A DNA stretch of 64,000 bases from an uncultured Enterobacteriaceae bacterium. GTDB taxonomy: Bacteria; Verrucomicrobiota; Verrucomicrobiia; Opitutales; UBA953. Of this stretch, positions 49,724 to 58,260 are shown in pieces. Each line of letters begins with the position of its first letter. Within the stretch, counting starts at the first letter, position 1. The translations under genes were made by a program, and so were the position numbers. A model generated the notes under the pieces. It saw only the letters and a list, made by a program, of their open reading frames with translations. It made no database searches and was not told the DNA's origin. The stretch spans positions 57,730 to 121,729 of the forward strand of contig CAYYLJ010000002.1 in the NCBI GenBank assembly GCA_964472585.1. Reading direction: 5' to 3'.

Positions 49724-49951
49724 TCAGCGCGCGGCGGGGATGCCCGCCAGAAGGGCGTCGCGGCGGCGACGCGCCTCGGCCACGTCGCGGGTGCGCAGGG
49801 AGCGCCGGACTCGACGGGCGGTGTAGTCGGGCAGGTAGACCGTGTAATGGGCCCACCACGTGCCGTTGTTGTTCCAGATGTGGTGGTTCTCGTTGCCGGT
49901 GAGGCGCAGCGAGAGGAGCTCGGGCGGGGCGGGTATGTTGGGCTGGATCAT
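49724..49951 (-). CDS. 75-aa protein resembling the N-terminal arm-type DNA-binding segment of tyrosine integrases (remnant or standalone)
   Basis: The pattern GTWWAHYTVY...RRSLRTRDVAEARRRRDALLAG matches the W..Y....R.SL.T.D..EA..RRD arrangement of P4-like integrase N-termini. GC3 is host-like. No catalytic domain follows. Confidence 0.4.
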   Translation of the reverse strand: MIQPNIPAPPELLSLRLTGNENHHIWNNNGTWWAHYTVYLPDYTARRVRRSLRTRDVAEARRRRDALLAGIPAAR

Positions 49952-50194
49952 GGCGGTGATGGGAAGGGGGTTCCTGTCGCATCACGGCTTCCGGCCGGGG
50001 AGTGGGTGTTGATCCTTGGGGGATCCTCATCCCGAAGGCCCGCGAGGGGTCTTCGGCTACCACCGTGGCCCTCCTGGGCTCGGTTGGTGCAAGTCGCCGG
50101 CAGGGCCGGTCTTGCTCGTGATGCTTGGGACTGGGGAGAACGCCTCTGACGGTAACACGGCCGTCAAGCCGGGCAAGGTCGGGGTGTGTCATAG

Positions 50195-50225
50195 GCCCCG
50201 CCGGGCGCGTCGCGCCCGGCGGGGC
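50195..50225. repeat. Perfect 15+1+15 GC palindrome
   Basis: GCCCCGCCGGGCGCG-T-CGCGCCCGGCGGGGC. Confidence 0.8.
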
Positions 50226-50243
50226 GGCTGAGCGCATCAAAAC

Positions 50244-50473
50244 GATAGAAGGGATAAAATGGGCGGAAGTGATAAAAGGATGGAAGGGATTAAGGGATAA
50301 AAAGGATATCAGGCCCCTGGCTGCGTAGGTCGGGAAATGGGAAACGGGGTGTTCATGCGCTGCCTCTCCGCCATCTTCATCATCACCCCCCATTCTTTTT
50401 CCTTTCTATCCTTTTATCCCTTAGTCGCTTCTATCCCTGCCATCCCTTCAATCCCCTTTCATTCCCTGATCCC
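50244..50473. repeat. 9-mer-array inverted-arm element, copy B
   Basis: Purine arm GATAGAAGGGATAAAATGGGCGGAAGTGATAAAAGGATGGAAGGGATTAAGGGATAAAAAGGATATC. The pyrimidine arm includes CCTTTCTATCCTTTTATCCCTT...TCTATCCCTGCCATCCCTTCAATCCC and ends exactly at the downstream ATG. Confidence 0.8.
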
Positions 50474-51892
50474 ATGCCCGAGACCACCCACGACGTCGCC
50501 ATCATCGGCGCCGGCATGTCCGGCCTGGCGGCGGCCCTGCGCCTCGGCATGTTCGGCAAGCGCGTGATCCTGCTCGAGCGCCACAACGCGCCGGGCGGAC
50601 TCAATTCCTTCTACGCCAAGGCCGGTCGGAAATACGACGTCGGCCTTCACGCGATGACGAACTGGGTCCCGGAGGGCGCCAAGGGCACGCCCCTGGCCAA
50701 GCTCCTCCGCCAGCTCCGCATCCGGCGCGAGGAGCTCGACCTCGCCCCCCAGCTCGGCTCCCGCATCGCGCTGGGCGGGCGCCAGCTGCGGATGACGAAC
50801 GACTTCGCGGTGCTCGAGTCCGAGGTCGCCCGCGAGTTCCCGGCCCGCATCGACGCCTTCCGGGCGGTCGACGCCGAGCTGCGCGCGATGGACGAGAACG
50901 CGCTCGACGCGCCCCCGGGCATGACCCGCGCCTGGCTCGCGGAGCGCCTGCGCGAGCCCGTCCTCGAGGAGATGCTCCTGCTGCCCGCCTGCTACTACGG
51001 CAGCGCGCACGAGGGCGACATCGAGCTGCGCCAGTTCGCCATCCTCTGGCGCGCCCTCTACCGCGAGGGCTTCGGCCGCCCGCTCGAGGGCGTGCGCGTC
51101 ATCCTCCGCGCCCTCGTCGACCGCCTCCGCGAGCACGGCGTCGAGCGCCGCATGCGCTGCGGCGTGCGCCGCATCCGCGCCGAGGCCGGCCGCGCCGCGG
51201 AGCTGGAGCTGGACGACGGGACGACGGTGCGGGCGGCCCAGGTGCTCTCCTGCGCCGGCCTGCCCGAGACGCTCCGCCTCTGCGACGACCAGCCCGCCGA
51301 CGCGGCCGCGGGCTCGCTCGGCCGCCTCGGCTACGCCGAGACCATCGCCACCTACCGCGCCGACGCCTTCGCGGGCTTCGGCTGGCGCGACACCATCGTC
51401 TTCTTCTGCGAGGGCGAGCGCCTCGACTACCGCTCGCCGGACGGCCTCGTCGACCCGCGCTCGGGCGTCATCTGCATCCCCAACAATTATGACTACGGCC
51501 CGGGGCGCGGGCTCGACGAGGGGTGGCTGCGGGTGACCTCGCTCGCCAACCATGCCGCCTGGAAGGCGCTGTCACCCGGGGACTACGCCTCGGCGAAGGC
51601 CGATTGGTTCGGCCGCCTCAACCGCGTCGCCCGCGCCCACCTGCCCGCCGTCCCCGACGCCGCGCACGACGCCGCGCTCGTCGCGACCGACATGTTCACG
51701 CCGACCACCGTCGCGCGCTACACCGGGCGGATCGACGGCGCCATCTACGGCGCGACCGAGAAGCGGCGCGACGGCCGCACCCACCTCTCGAACCTCTTCC
51801 TCATCGGCGCCGACCAGGGCTTCCTCGGCATCACGGGCGCGATCCTCTCGGGCATCTCGATGGCGAACCTGCACTGCCTGAGGGAAGGGTAG
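50474..51892 (+). CDS. NAD(P)/FAD-dependent oxidoreductase (phytoene-desaturase-like family)
   Basis: N-terminus DVAIIGAGMSGLAAA with an amine-oxidase-like length. The specific function is not recognisable. Confidence 0.7.
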   Translation: MPETTHDVAIIGAGMSGLAAALRLGMFGKRVILLERHNAPGGLNSFYAKAGRKYDVGLHAMTNWVPEGAKGTPLAKLLRQLRIRREELDLAPQLGSRIALGGRQLRMTNDFAVLESEVAREFPARIDAFRAVDAELRAMDENALDAPPGMTRAWLAERLREPVLEEMLLLPACYYGSAHEGDIELRQFAILWRALYREGFGRPLEGVRVILRALVDRLREHGVERRMRCGVRRIRAEAGRAAELELDDGTTVRAAQVLSCAGLPETLRLCDDQPADAAAGSLGRLGYAETIATYRADAFAGFGWRDTIVFFCEGERLDYRSPDGLVDPRSGVICIPNNYDYGPGRGLDEGWLRVTSLANHAAWKALSPGDYASAKADWFGRLNRVARAHLPAVPDAAHDAALVATDMFTPTTVARYTGRIDGAIYGATEKRRDGRTHLSNLFLIGADQGFLGITGAILSGISMANLHCLREG

Positions 51893-51984
51893 ATTCCCAA
51901 GGACGGATTTCAAAGTCCGGAGGCTGCCTCGGTCCCGGCCGCCTTCCTGCACCTTGGATTCCGTCCTTTGAAGTCCGCGCGCGC

Positions 51985-52998
51985 TCAGCGCGCCTCGTCC
52001 CAAGCCACCCGGAAGCCCGTGTGGTTGGTCGCCGTCATCTCGTCCACGCCGTGCCTGGCCGCGGGTCGGAAGCGGAAGCAATAGGTCCGGTCGCACAGCC
52101 AGGAGCCGCCGCGCATCGCGCGCTGGCCGAAGCCGGTGCCCGCCGGGTCGGCGCCCATCGCCGGCCCGCGCGGGTCCACGGCGTCCGCGCGTCCCCGGTA
52201 GGCCGCGGGGTCGTACCAGTCCGAGGTGAGCTCCCAGACATTCCCCGCCATGTCGCGCAGCCCGAAGCCGTTCGCCGGGAAGCTTCCCGCCGGCGCCGTG
52301 CCATGGAAGCCGTCCTCGGCCAGGTCCTTGGAAGGAAAGCCGCCCTGCCAATGGTTGGCCAGGATCCGCCCTTCCGGCCGCTCCTCGTCGCCCCAGACGT
52401 AGGCCTTGCCCTCGAGCCCCCCGCGCGCCGCCCATTCCCACTCGGCCTCCGTGGGCAGGCGGCCGCCGGCCCAGGCGCAATAGGCGAGGGCGTCGCGGTA
52501 CGTCACCTGCACCACGGGGTGGCCCATGCGGTCGTCGATCGAGGAGCCGGGTCCCTCCGGGTGGCGCCAGTCGGCGCCCGGCGTGAAGCGCCACCAAGGC
52601 ATCTCGCCGACGCCGCACATCGTCGCGTCCAGGCCGGGCTGGACGCGGAAGACCATCGCGCCGGGGAGCAGGTCCTCCGGCCGCGCGTTCGGGAACGCCC
52701 GCGGGTCGACCGGCTTCTCGGCGTCGGTGACGTATCCCGTCGCCCGGACGAAGGCCGCGAACTGCCGGTTTGTCACCTCGGTGCGCGAGATCCGGAAGCC
52801 GCGGACGGTCACGCGGTGGACCGGCCCCTCCTCGGGGTGGTGCCCGCCGTCGCCCATGAGGAAGGTCCCTCCCGGTATCGCCGTCGCGCCCTCGCGCGGG
52901 TCGGCGTTGTCATGCAGGACGCCCAGCAGCAGGAAGGGCAGGGCCACCCCCGCGACCATCGCGACCATCAGCCAGGACCTCGCGCGCTCCGGCGTCAT
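51985..52998 (-). CDS. Formylglycine-generating enzyme (SUMF1/FGE family)
   Basis: Motifs: RTEVTNRQFAAFV, RLPTEAEWEWAARGG, RGGSW. Confidence 0.88.
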   Translation of the reverse strand: MTPERARSWLMVAMVAGVALPFLLLGVLHDNADPREGATAIPGGTFLMGDGGHHPEEGPVHRVTVRGFRISRTEVTNRQFAAFVRATGYVTDAEKPVDPRAFPNARPEDLLPGAMVFRVQPGLDATMCGVGEMPWWRFTPGADWRHPEGPGSSIDDRMGHPVVQVTYRDALAYCAWAGGRLPTEAEWEWAARGGLEGKAYVWGDEERPEGRILANHWQGGFPSKDLAEDGFHGTAPAGSFPANGFGLRDMAGNVWELTSDWYDPAAYRGRADAVDPRGPAMGADPAGTGFGQRAMRGGSWLCDRTYCFRFRPAARHGVDEMTATNHTGFRVAWDEAR

Positions 52999-54368
52999 CG
53001 CTTGCCCGCCTTTTTCTCCTTCCAGCCGGGCTCGCCCGGCAGGGGGAAGTCGGGGTTCGGGGTGTGCTCCGCGGCGAAGGCCTTCTCCGCGCGGCGCACG
53101 AGGTCGGGCCGGGTCGCCGCCAGGTTCCGCTGCTCAGCCGGGTCCGACCTTAGGTCGTAGACCTCGATGGGGGATGGCTTTTCGGAGAGGATCTTCCGGC
53201 GGATGGCCTTGGCGCCGTCCTGCCAGACGACCGCCTGCCAGGTCTCGCCCTCATGGAACTCGAAGAAGACGAGCGGTTGCTGGGCCTGGCGTCCCTTGCC
53301 CGTGAGCAGGGGGACCAGGCTCCGGCTGTCGAGCCGCGTGGCGACGGCGACGCCCGCCAGCTCCTCGGCCGTGCGGAAGAGGTCCCAAGCCGCGGTGAGA
53401 TGGTCCGTGCGCCCGCCCGCCGCCACCGTGCCGGGCCACCAGGCGATCTGCGCGGTGCGGATGCCGCCCTCGTGCGGCGAGCGCTTGTCGCCCCTGAGTC
53501 CGGCGCGCCCGCGGAAGTAGCCCGGCTCGTGGCCATAGGCGGGGTCGCAGCCGTTGTCCGAGAGGAACACGACCAAGGTGTTCGTTTCCACGCCCAGCTC
53601 CCTCAGGAGGTCCATCACGCGGCCGACGTCGGCGTCGAGCCGGTGGACCATCGCGGCGTAAAGCCGCGCCTTCTCGGGCCTGGGGTGGTCGCCGAACTTG
53701 TCCTTGAACGGCGCCAGCATCTCCTCCGTCGCCTGCAGCCTCCCGTGGGGCAGGGTGACGGGGAGGAAGAGGAAGAAGGGCTTGCCCGACCTCGCCTGCT
53801 CCCGCGTCCACGCCAGCGCCTCGTCCATGATCCGGCCATGGGCGTATTCCCCCTTGGCGAGCGGCACGTTCTTCTGCCCGCGGCCCTCGTCGAGCGCCTC
53901 CGGGAAGTACTCATGCGCGTGCACCTGGTGGTTGTAGCCGAAGAAACGATCGAAGCCCTGGTCCAGCGGCTCCGAGCCCGAGCCCGGGTAGCCCATGCCC
54001 CACTTCCCGAAGCATCCGGTCGCATAACCCGCGCGCTTCAGGGACTTGGCCACCGTCGGAATCCCCGGGGGCAGGGGATGCTGGCCGGTCGGGTATTCCT
54101 TGTTGGCGCGGATGGGGCCATGGCCCGTGTGCAGGCCGGTCAGCAGGGCGGTGCGGGAGGGGGCGCAGACCGATGAGCCGGCGTAGGCGCGGTCGAAGCA
54201 CAGGCCCTCGCGCGCCATCTGGTCCAGCCGCGGCGTCGGGATGAGCTTCTGGCCGAAGGGCCCGATGTCCCCGGGCCCCAGGTCGTCGGCCAGGATGTAG
54301 ACGATGTTGGGCTTGGCCCCGGCGGCGGCCGCGAGGCCGGAAAGCAGGAGGAGAAGGAGACGGGCCAT
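52995..54368 (-). CDS. Arylsulfatase-family sulfatase (Cys-type)
   Basis: Signal peptide, ILADDLGPGD and the CAPSR motif. Its stop overlaps the FGE start (ATGA). Confidence 0.88.
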   Translation of the reverse strand: MARLLLLLLSGLAAAAGAKPNIVYILADDLGPGDIGPFGQKLIPTPRLDQMAREGLCFDRAYAGSSVCAPSRTALLTGLHTGHGPIRANKEYPTGQHPLPPGIPTVAKSLKRAGYATGCFGKWGMGYPGSGSEPLDQGFDRFFGYNHQVHAHEYFPEALDEGRGQKNVPLAKGEYAHGRIMDEALAWTREQARSGKPFFLFLPVTLPHGRLQATEEMLAPFKDKFGDHPRPEKARLYAAMVHRLDADVGRVMDLLRELGVETNTLVVFLSDNGCDPAYGHEPGYFRGRAGLRGDKRSPHEGGIRTAQIAWWPGTVAAGGRTDHLTAAWDLFRTAEELAGVAVATRLDSRSLVPLLTGKGRQAQQPLVFFEFHEGETWQAVVWQDGAKAIRRKILSEKPSPIEVYDLRSDPAEQRNLAATRPDLVRRAEKAFAAEHTPNPDFPLPGEPGWKEKKAGKR

Positions 54369-54459
54369 GGTGGTCGTCCTATCCAACCCGTCCCCTTCCT
54401 GCAAGTTCCCGCGTCCCATGCCCCTTGCCCCCGGTGCCGCTTGCCACCAACCTGCCTCC

Positions 54460-54804
54460 ATGCGTCTCGAGCATCGCAGCCAACCGCTGGCCCCCCGGCA
54501 TCGCTTCCTCAGGCGCCTCGCGGCCTATGCCTTGGCGGCCGCCCTGCTCATCGGCGTCTCCCTGCTGATCGGGGTGCTCGGCTATCGCCACCTCGCCGGC
54601 CTGGGCTGGGTCGACGCGCTGCTGAACGCCTCGATGATCCTCGGGGGTATGGGGCCGGTGGACATCCTTGCCGATGACGGTGCCAAGGTCTTCGCCTCGC
54701 TCTACGCCCTCTACAGCGGCGTCGCCCTGCTAAGCACCGTCTCGCTCCTCCTGACCCCGGTCGTCCACCGCGTCCTCCATCGGATGCACCTGGAGGGAAG
54801 GTAG
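54460..54804 (+). CDS. Small two-TM membrane protein (ion-channel-pore-like)
   Basis: 114 aa with two hydrophobic helices flanking LNASMILGGMGPVD. Confidence 0.5.
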   Translation: MRLEHRSQPLAPRHRFLRRLAAYALAAALLIGVSLLIGVLGYRHLAGLGWVDALLNASMILGGMGPVDILADDGAKVFASLYALYSGVALLSTVSLLLTPVVHRVLHRMHLEGR

Positions 54805-54818
54805 GCCTGACGGCCCCG

Positions 54819-54842
54819 CTTTTCGTCCTTCGTTTTTCGTCC
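54819..54842. repeat. Fragment of the GGACGAAAA-type unit array, in the pyrE leader
   Basis: The reverse complement of CTTTTCGTCCTTCGTTTTTCGTCC shares GGACGAAAAACGAAG with 58098-58112. Confidence 0.55.
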
Positions 54843-54864
54843 GCCGTCTGCTTCGCTCCCGTCC

Positions 54865-55437
54865 ATGCCCCCATCCACCGATGACGAGGTCCTGCGCATC
54901 TTCCGCGAGTCGGAGGCGCTCCTGACCGGCCATTTCGTCCTCCGCTCCGGCCTGCACAGCGGGCACTTCTTCCAGTGCGCCAAGGTCTGCCAGCGCATGG
55001 ACAAGGTCACGCGCCTGGTCGAGCTGCTGCTCCCCCGTCTCGCCGCCTACCCGTGCGACACCGTCCTCGCCCCCGCCATGGGCGGCCTCGTCGTGGGCCA
55101 GGAGCTCGCCCGCCAGCTCGGCGCGCGCTTTGTCTTCGCCGAGAAGGAGAACGACCGCCTCGTGATGCGCCGGGGCTTCGCCTTCGCCAAGGGCGAGCGC
55201 GTCCTCATCGCCGAGGATGTCGTCACCCGCGGCGGCCGCGCCCAGGAATGCCTCGACCTGCTCGCCCCCACCGGCGCCGTCCCGGTGGCCGTCGCCTCGC
55301 TCGTCGACCGGTCCGCCGGCCAGACCCGTTTCTCCGTGCCCTTTGTCGCCCTCCTGGAGCTCAGCTTCCCGACCTACCCGGCCGACCGGCTGCCGCCGGA
55401 GCTGGCCGCCCTGCCCGCGACCAAGCCCGGCAGCTGA
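54865..55437 (+). CDS. pyrE: Orotate phosphoribosyltransferase
   Basis: GHFVLRSGLHS and the PRPP motif VLIAEDVVTRGG. Confidence 0.9.
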   Translation: MPPSTDDEVLRIFRESEALLTGHFVLRSGLHSGHFFQCAKVCQRMDKVTRLVELLLPRLAAYPCDTVLAPAMGGLVVGQELARQLGARFVFAEKENDRLVMRRGFAFAKGERVLIAEDVVTRGGRAQECLDLLAPTGAVPVAVASLVDRSAGQTRFSVPFVALLELSFPTYPADRLPPELAALPATKPGS

Positions 55438-55494
55438 TCCCGCTCGCCCGCCCTTGACCCGAGGGGCTTCCGGGCCTTAGTCCGTGGGGTTCTC

Positions 55495-57249
55495 ATGGAC
55501 CGCAAGCATCTGGCACTCGGCTCGATCTTCCTGGCTGGCGCCCTCGGCGCCTTCTATTGGAACGCCAAGGCCACCGCCGCCTACCAGGCGGCCCAAACCC
55601 CGGTCCCGGCCGCCGCGCCCGCCCCCGCGCCCGGCACCCCCGTCGCGACCGCGCCCGTCGCGCCCGCGCCCGCGGCCCCCGTGGTGCCCGCGCTCGCGCC
55701 CGACCCCGCCTTCCAGCCCGCCGTCATCTCCGAGCTCGCCAATCCGGTCCTCCGGCTCCGCCTCACCTCGCACGGCGGCGGCATCGTCGACGCGGCCCTG
55801 CTCCGGCACGCCACGACGCTCGACGACAAGACGCCCTTCCGCTTCAACGCGGGCTCTCCCGACGCCGCGCTCGAGATCCACATCCCCGACCCCGCGACCG
55901 CCAAGCCCGTCGCGGTGAGGCTGGCGATGTCGGCCCTGCCGCCGGTCGACGGCTGGACGCGCTTCCAGGGCGCGCTTCCCGACGGCACCAAGGTCGTCCG
56001 GGCCTATCGCCTGCGGACGGACGCCGAGGGCGAGGGCGCGGCGGACCCCCATGGCGTCGAGTTCGCCGTCACCCTCACCCCGCCCGCGGGCCGCTCCGCG
56101 CCGAAGTTCTGGCTCTCCACCGGCGCCTGGCAGCCCGAGGCCGCCGACACCACCAACCTCTTCCAGACCGTCCTCGTGGCCGACCCCGAGGACGTCTCGC
56201 ACGTCAGCCTCTCGGAGTTCACCGACAGCGCCGGGTTCCTCGGGTTCTTCGCCCACAAGGCCTCGGTGGAGTATCCGCTGGTGCCCGCCGGCGGCGTCCA
56301 TCGCTGGGTCGCCGCGGCCAACCAGTACTTCGTCGCCTCGATCTGCCCGGATCCCGCCCAGCGCGGGGCGCGCTCCGAGGTCGTCGCCCTGCCCGTGACG
56401 CTGGCCGACAACCACCGCGCCGTCCGCGCCCTCGCCTCGTGGGAGGGCCTCGTCGGCGCCGACGGCTCCCGCACCGTCTCGGGCACGCTCTACGTCGGCC
56501 CGAAGCATTACTCCCGCCTCGCCGCCCTGCCCGAGGGCCAGGTCGACACTCTCCAGTTCGTGAAGCTGTTCGGCTTCATCGGCATCGCCTGGATGGCCAA
56601 GCTCCTGCTCTCGCTCCTCGGCGGGGTCCACTGGCTGCTCACCCTCGGCGGCGCGGTCTCCTGGGGCTGGTCCATCCTCCTGCTCACCCTGATCATCAAG
56701 CTCCTCACCTGGCCCCTGACCTCGGCCCAGCTCAAGGCCTCCAAGAAGATGGCCCAGTTCGCCAAGCCGATGCAGGAGCTCCGCGAGAAGCACAAGAACA
56801 ACCCCGAGAAGATGCAGAAGGAGCTCATGAAGCTCTACCAGGAGAACGGCATCAACCCGCTCGCCGGCTGCCTGCCCATCCTCATCCAGATCCCGATCTT
56901 CTTCGGCCTCTACTCCGCCTTCCAGACCGCGCCCGAGATGCGCCTCGAGGGCTTCCTGTGGATCGCCGACCTCGCCAAGGCCGACACCGTCGCCCACCTC
57001 GGCCCCCTCCCGCTCAACCCGCTCCCCCTCCTGATGGGCGCCACCATGTGGTACTCGATGCGCATGACGCCGATGCCCAACCAGGACGAGACCATGAAGA
57101 CCGTCATGACCATCATGATGCTCATCTTCCCGATCATCTGCTACACGATGCCGGCGGCCCTGACCCTCTACTGGACCTTCCAGAACGTCCTGCAGATCGC
57201 CCAGACCTGGCTCCTCAGGCGCGGCGAGCCCGATCCGGCCAAGGCCTGA
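55495..57249 (+). CDS. yidC: Membrane protein insertase YidC
   Basis: N-terminal TM segment, large periplasmic domain and the conserved 60-kDa insertase core (KLLTWPLT..., GCLPILIQIPIFFGLY). Confidence 0.92.
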   Translation: MDRKHLALGSIFLAGALGAFYWNAKATAAYQAAQTPVPAAAPAPAPGTPVATAPVAPAPAAPVVPALAPDPAFQPAVISELANPVLRLRLTSHGGGIVDAALLRHATTLDDKTPFRFNAGSPDAALEIHIPDPATAKPVAVRLAMSALPPVDGWTRFQGALPDGTKVVRAYRLRTDAEGEGAADPHGVEFAVTLTPPAGRSAPKFWLSTGAWQPEAADTTNLFQTVLVADPEDVSHVSLSEFTDSAGFLGFFAHKASVEYPLVPAGGVHRWVAAANQYFVASICPDPAQRGARSEVVALPVTLADNHRAVRALASWEGLVGADGSRTVSGTLYVGPKHYSRLAALPEGQVDTLQFVKLFGFIGIAWMAKLLLSLLGGVHWLLTLGGAVSWGWSILLLTLIIKLLTWPLTSAQLKASKKMAQFAKPMQELREKHKNNPEKMQKELMKLYQENGINPLAGCLPILIQIPIFFGLYSAFQTAPEMRLEGFLWIADLAKADTVAHLGPLPLNPLPLLMGATMWYSMRMTPMPNQDETMKTVMTIMMLIFPIICYTMPAALTLYWTFQNVLQIAQTWLLRRGEPDPAKA

Positions 57250-57274
57250 GTCCCCCTTACCACCCCCCAAGACC

Positions 57275-58015
57275 ATGAGCGGACATAGCAAGTGGCACAC
57301 GACCAAGCGGCACAAGGCGGTCATCGACGCCCGCCGCGGCAAGATCTTCTCGGTGCTCTCCAAGGAGATCACGCTCGCCGCCAAGGCCGGCGGCGGCGTC
57401 CCCGAGAGCAACGCGCGCCTGCGCACCGTGCTCGACAAGGCCAAGGCGGCCAACATGCCGACGGACAACATCAAGCGCGCCATCCAGAAGGGCACGGGCG
57501 AGCTCCCCGGCGCCGTCTATGAGGAGTTCGCCTACGAGGGCTACGCCCCGGGCGGCGTCGGCCTCGTGGTCGAGGTCACGACCGACAACAAGAACCGCGC
57601 CGCCGGCGAGGTCCGCCACACCTTCAACGACAACGGCGGCAACATGGCCCAGGCCGGCGCCGTCACCCACGGCTTCCAGCGCAAGGGCCAGGTGCTCATC
57701 GGCGCCGCCGCCATCGGCGAGGACGCCCTGATGGAGCTCGCGTTGGCCGCGGGCGCCGAGGACGTCGTCAACCACGGCGACCACTACGAGGTGCTCTGCC
57801 CGGTCTCGGAATACTACGCCCTGGCCAAGGCGCTCGAGGACAAGGGCATCAAGCCCGAGTCGAGCGAGCTCGCCTATGTGCCGAACCTCCTCGTCCCCGT
57901 GACCGACGCCGCGACCGCCAAGTCGCTCCTCGCGCTCATCGACGCCCTCGAGGCGCTGGACGACGTCAAGGCCGTCCACGGCAACCACGAGATCGACCCG
58001 AGGCTGCTCGGCTAG
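57275..58015 (+). CDS. yebC: YebC/PmpR-family DNA-binding regulator
   Basis: MSGHSKWHTTKRHKAVIDARRGKIF... Confidence 0.93.
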   Translation: MSGHSKWHTTKRHKAVIDARRGKIFSVLSKEITLAAKAGGGVPESNARLRTVLDKAKAANMPTDNIKRAIQKGTGELPGAVYEEFAYEGYAPGGVGLVVEVTTDNKNRAAGEVRHTFNDNGGNMAQAGAVTHGFQRKGQVLIGAAAIGEDALMELALAAGAEDVVNHGDHYEVLCPVSEYYALAKALEDKGIKPESSELAYVPNLLVPVTDAATAKSLLALIDALEALDDVKAVHGNHEIDPRLLG

Positions 58016-58023
58016 CCCCCTCC

Positions 58024-58258
58024 GCGGGGCGCGGCTTCACGGTGGGCAGCTTCACGGCTTCGCAGGGGCGCGGCTTCGCAGGGTCGCGGCAGGCAAAGGA
58101 CGAAAAACGAAGAGCGAAAAACGAAAGGGCAGGTGGGGTGGGGCGTGGGACTCCAAGGGGCAGGAAATGCATCCTGGTGCGCCCCTGCCCGATGCGGCGC
58201 CCCGCGCTTCTGTGCCGCTGTGAAGCCGCGAAGCCGTGCCGCTGTGAAGCCCCGCGCC
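58024..58258. repeat. Inverted-arm element, copy E (GGCTTCACG and GGACGAAAA units)
   Basis: The left arm GGCGCGGCTTCACGGTGGGCAGCTTCACGGCTTCGC is roughly complementary to the right arm GCGAAGCCGTGCCGCTGTGAAGCCCCGCGCC. The centre holds AAGGACGAAAAACGAAGAGCGAAAAACGAAAGG and the hairpin GGGGCAGG...CCCTGCCC. The element fills the whole yebC/ettA gap. Confidence 0.8.
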
Positions 58259-58260
58259 GG

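Noticed and set aside
49952-50194. A structured ncRNA (riboswitch, tmRNA, SRP RNA, RNase P RNA or 6S RNA) in the ~290-nt non-coding stretch upstream of the mini-ORF.
   Set aside because: I compared both strands by eye with the conserved cores I know and found no match. Apart from the 31-nt palindrome, only local GC hairpins are visible.
51893-51984. Direct and inverted words (AAGGACGGA...TCCGTCCTT, TTCAAAGTCCG/TTTGAAGTCCG) between the oxidoreductase and FGE genes, as another repeat-family member.
   Set aside because: They share no unit or core with the 9-mer-array family. The pattern looks like an ordinary, possibly bidirectional, terminator-type hairpin with a large loop, and the evidence is too weak to call.
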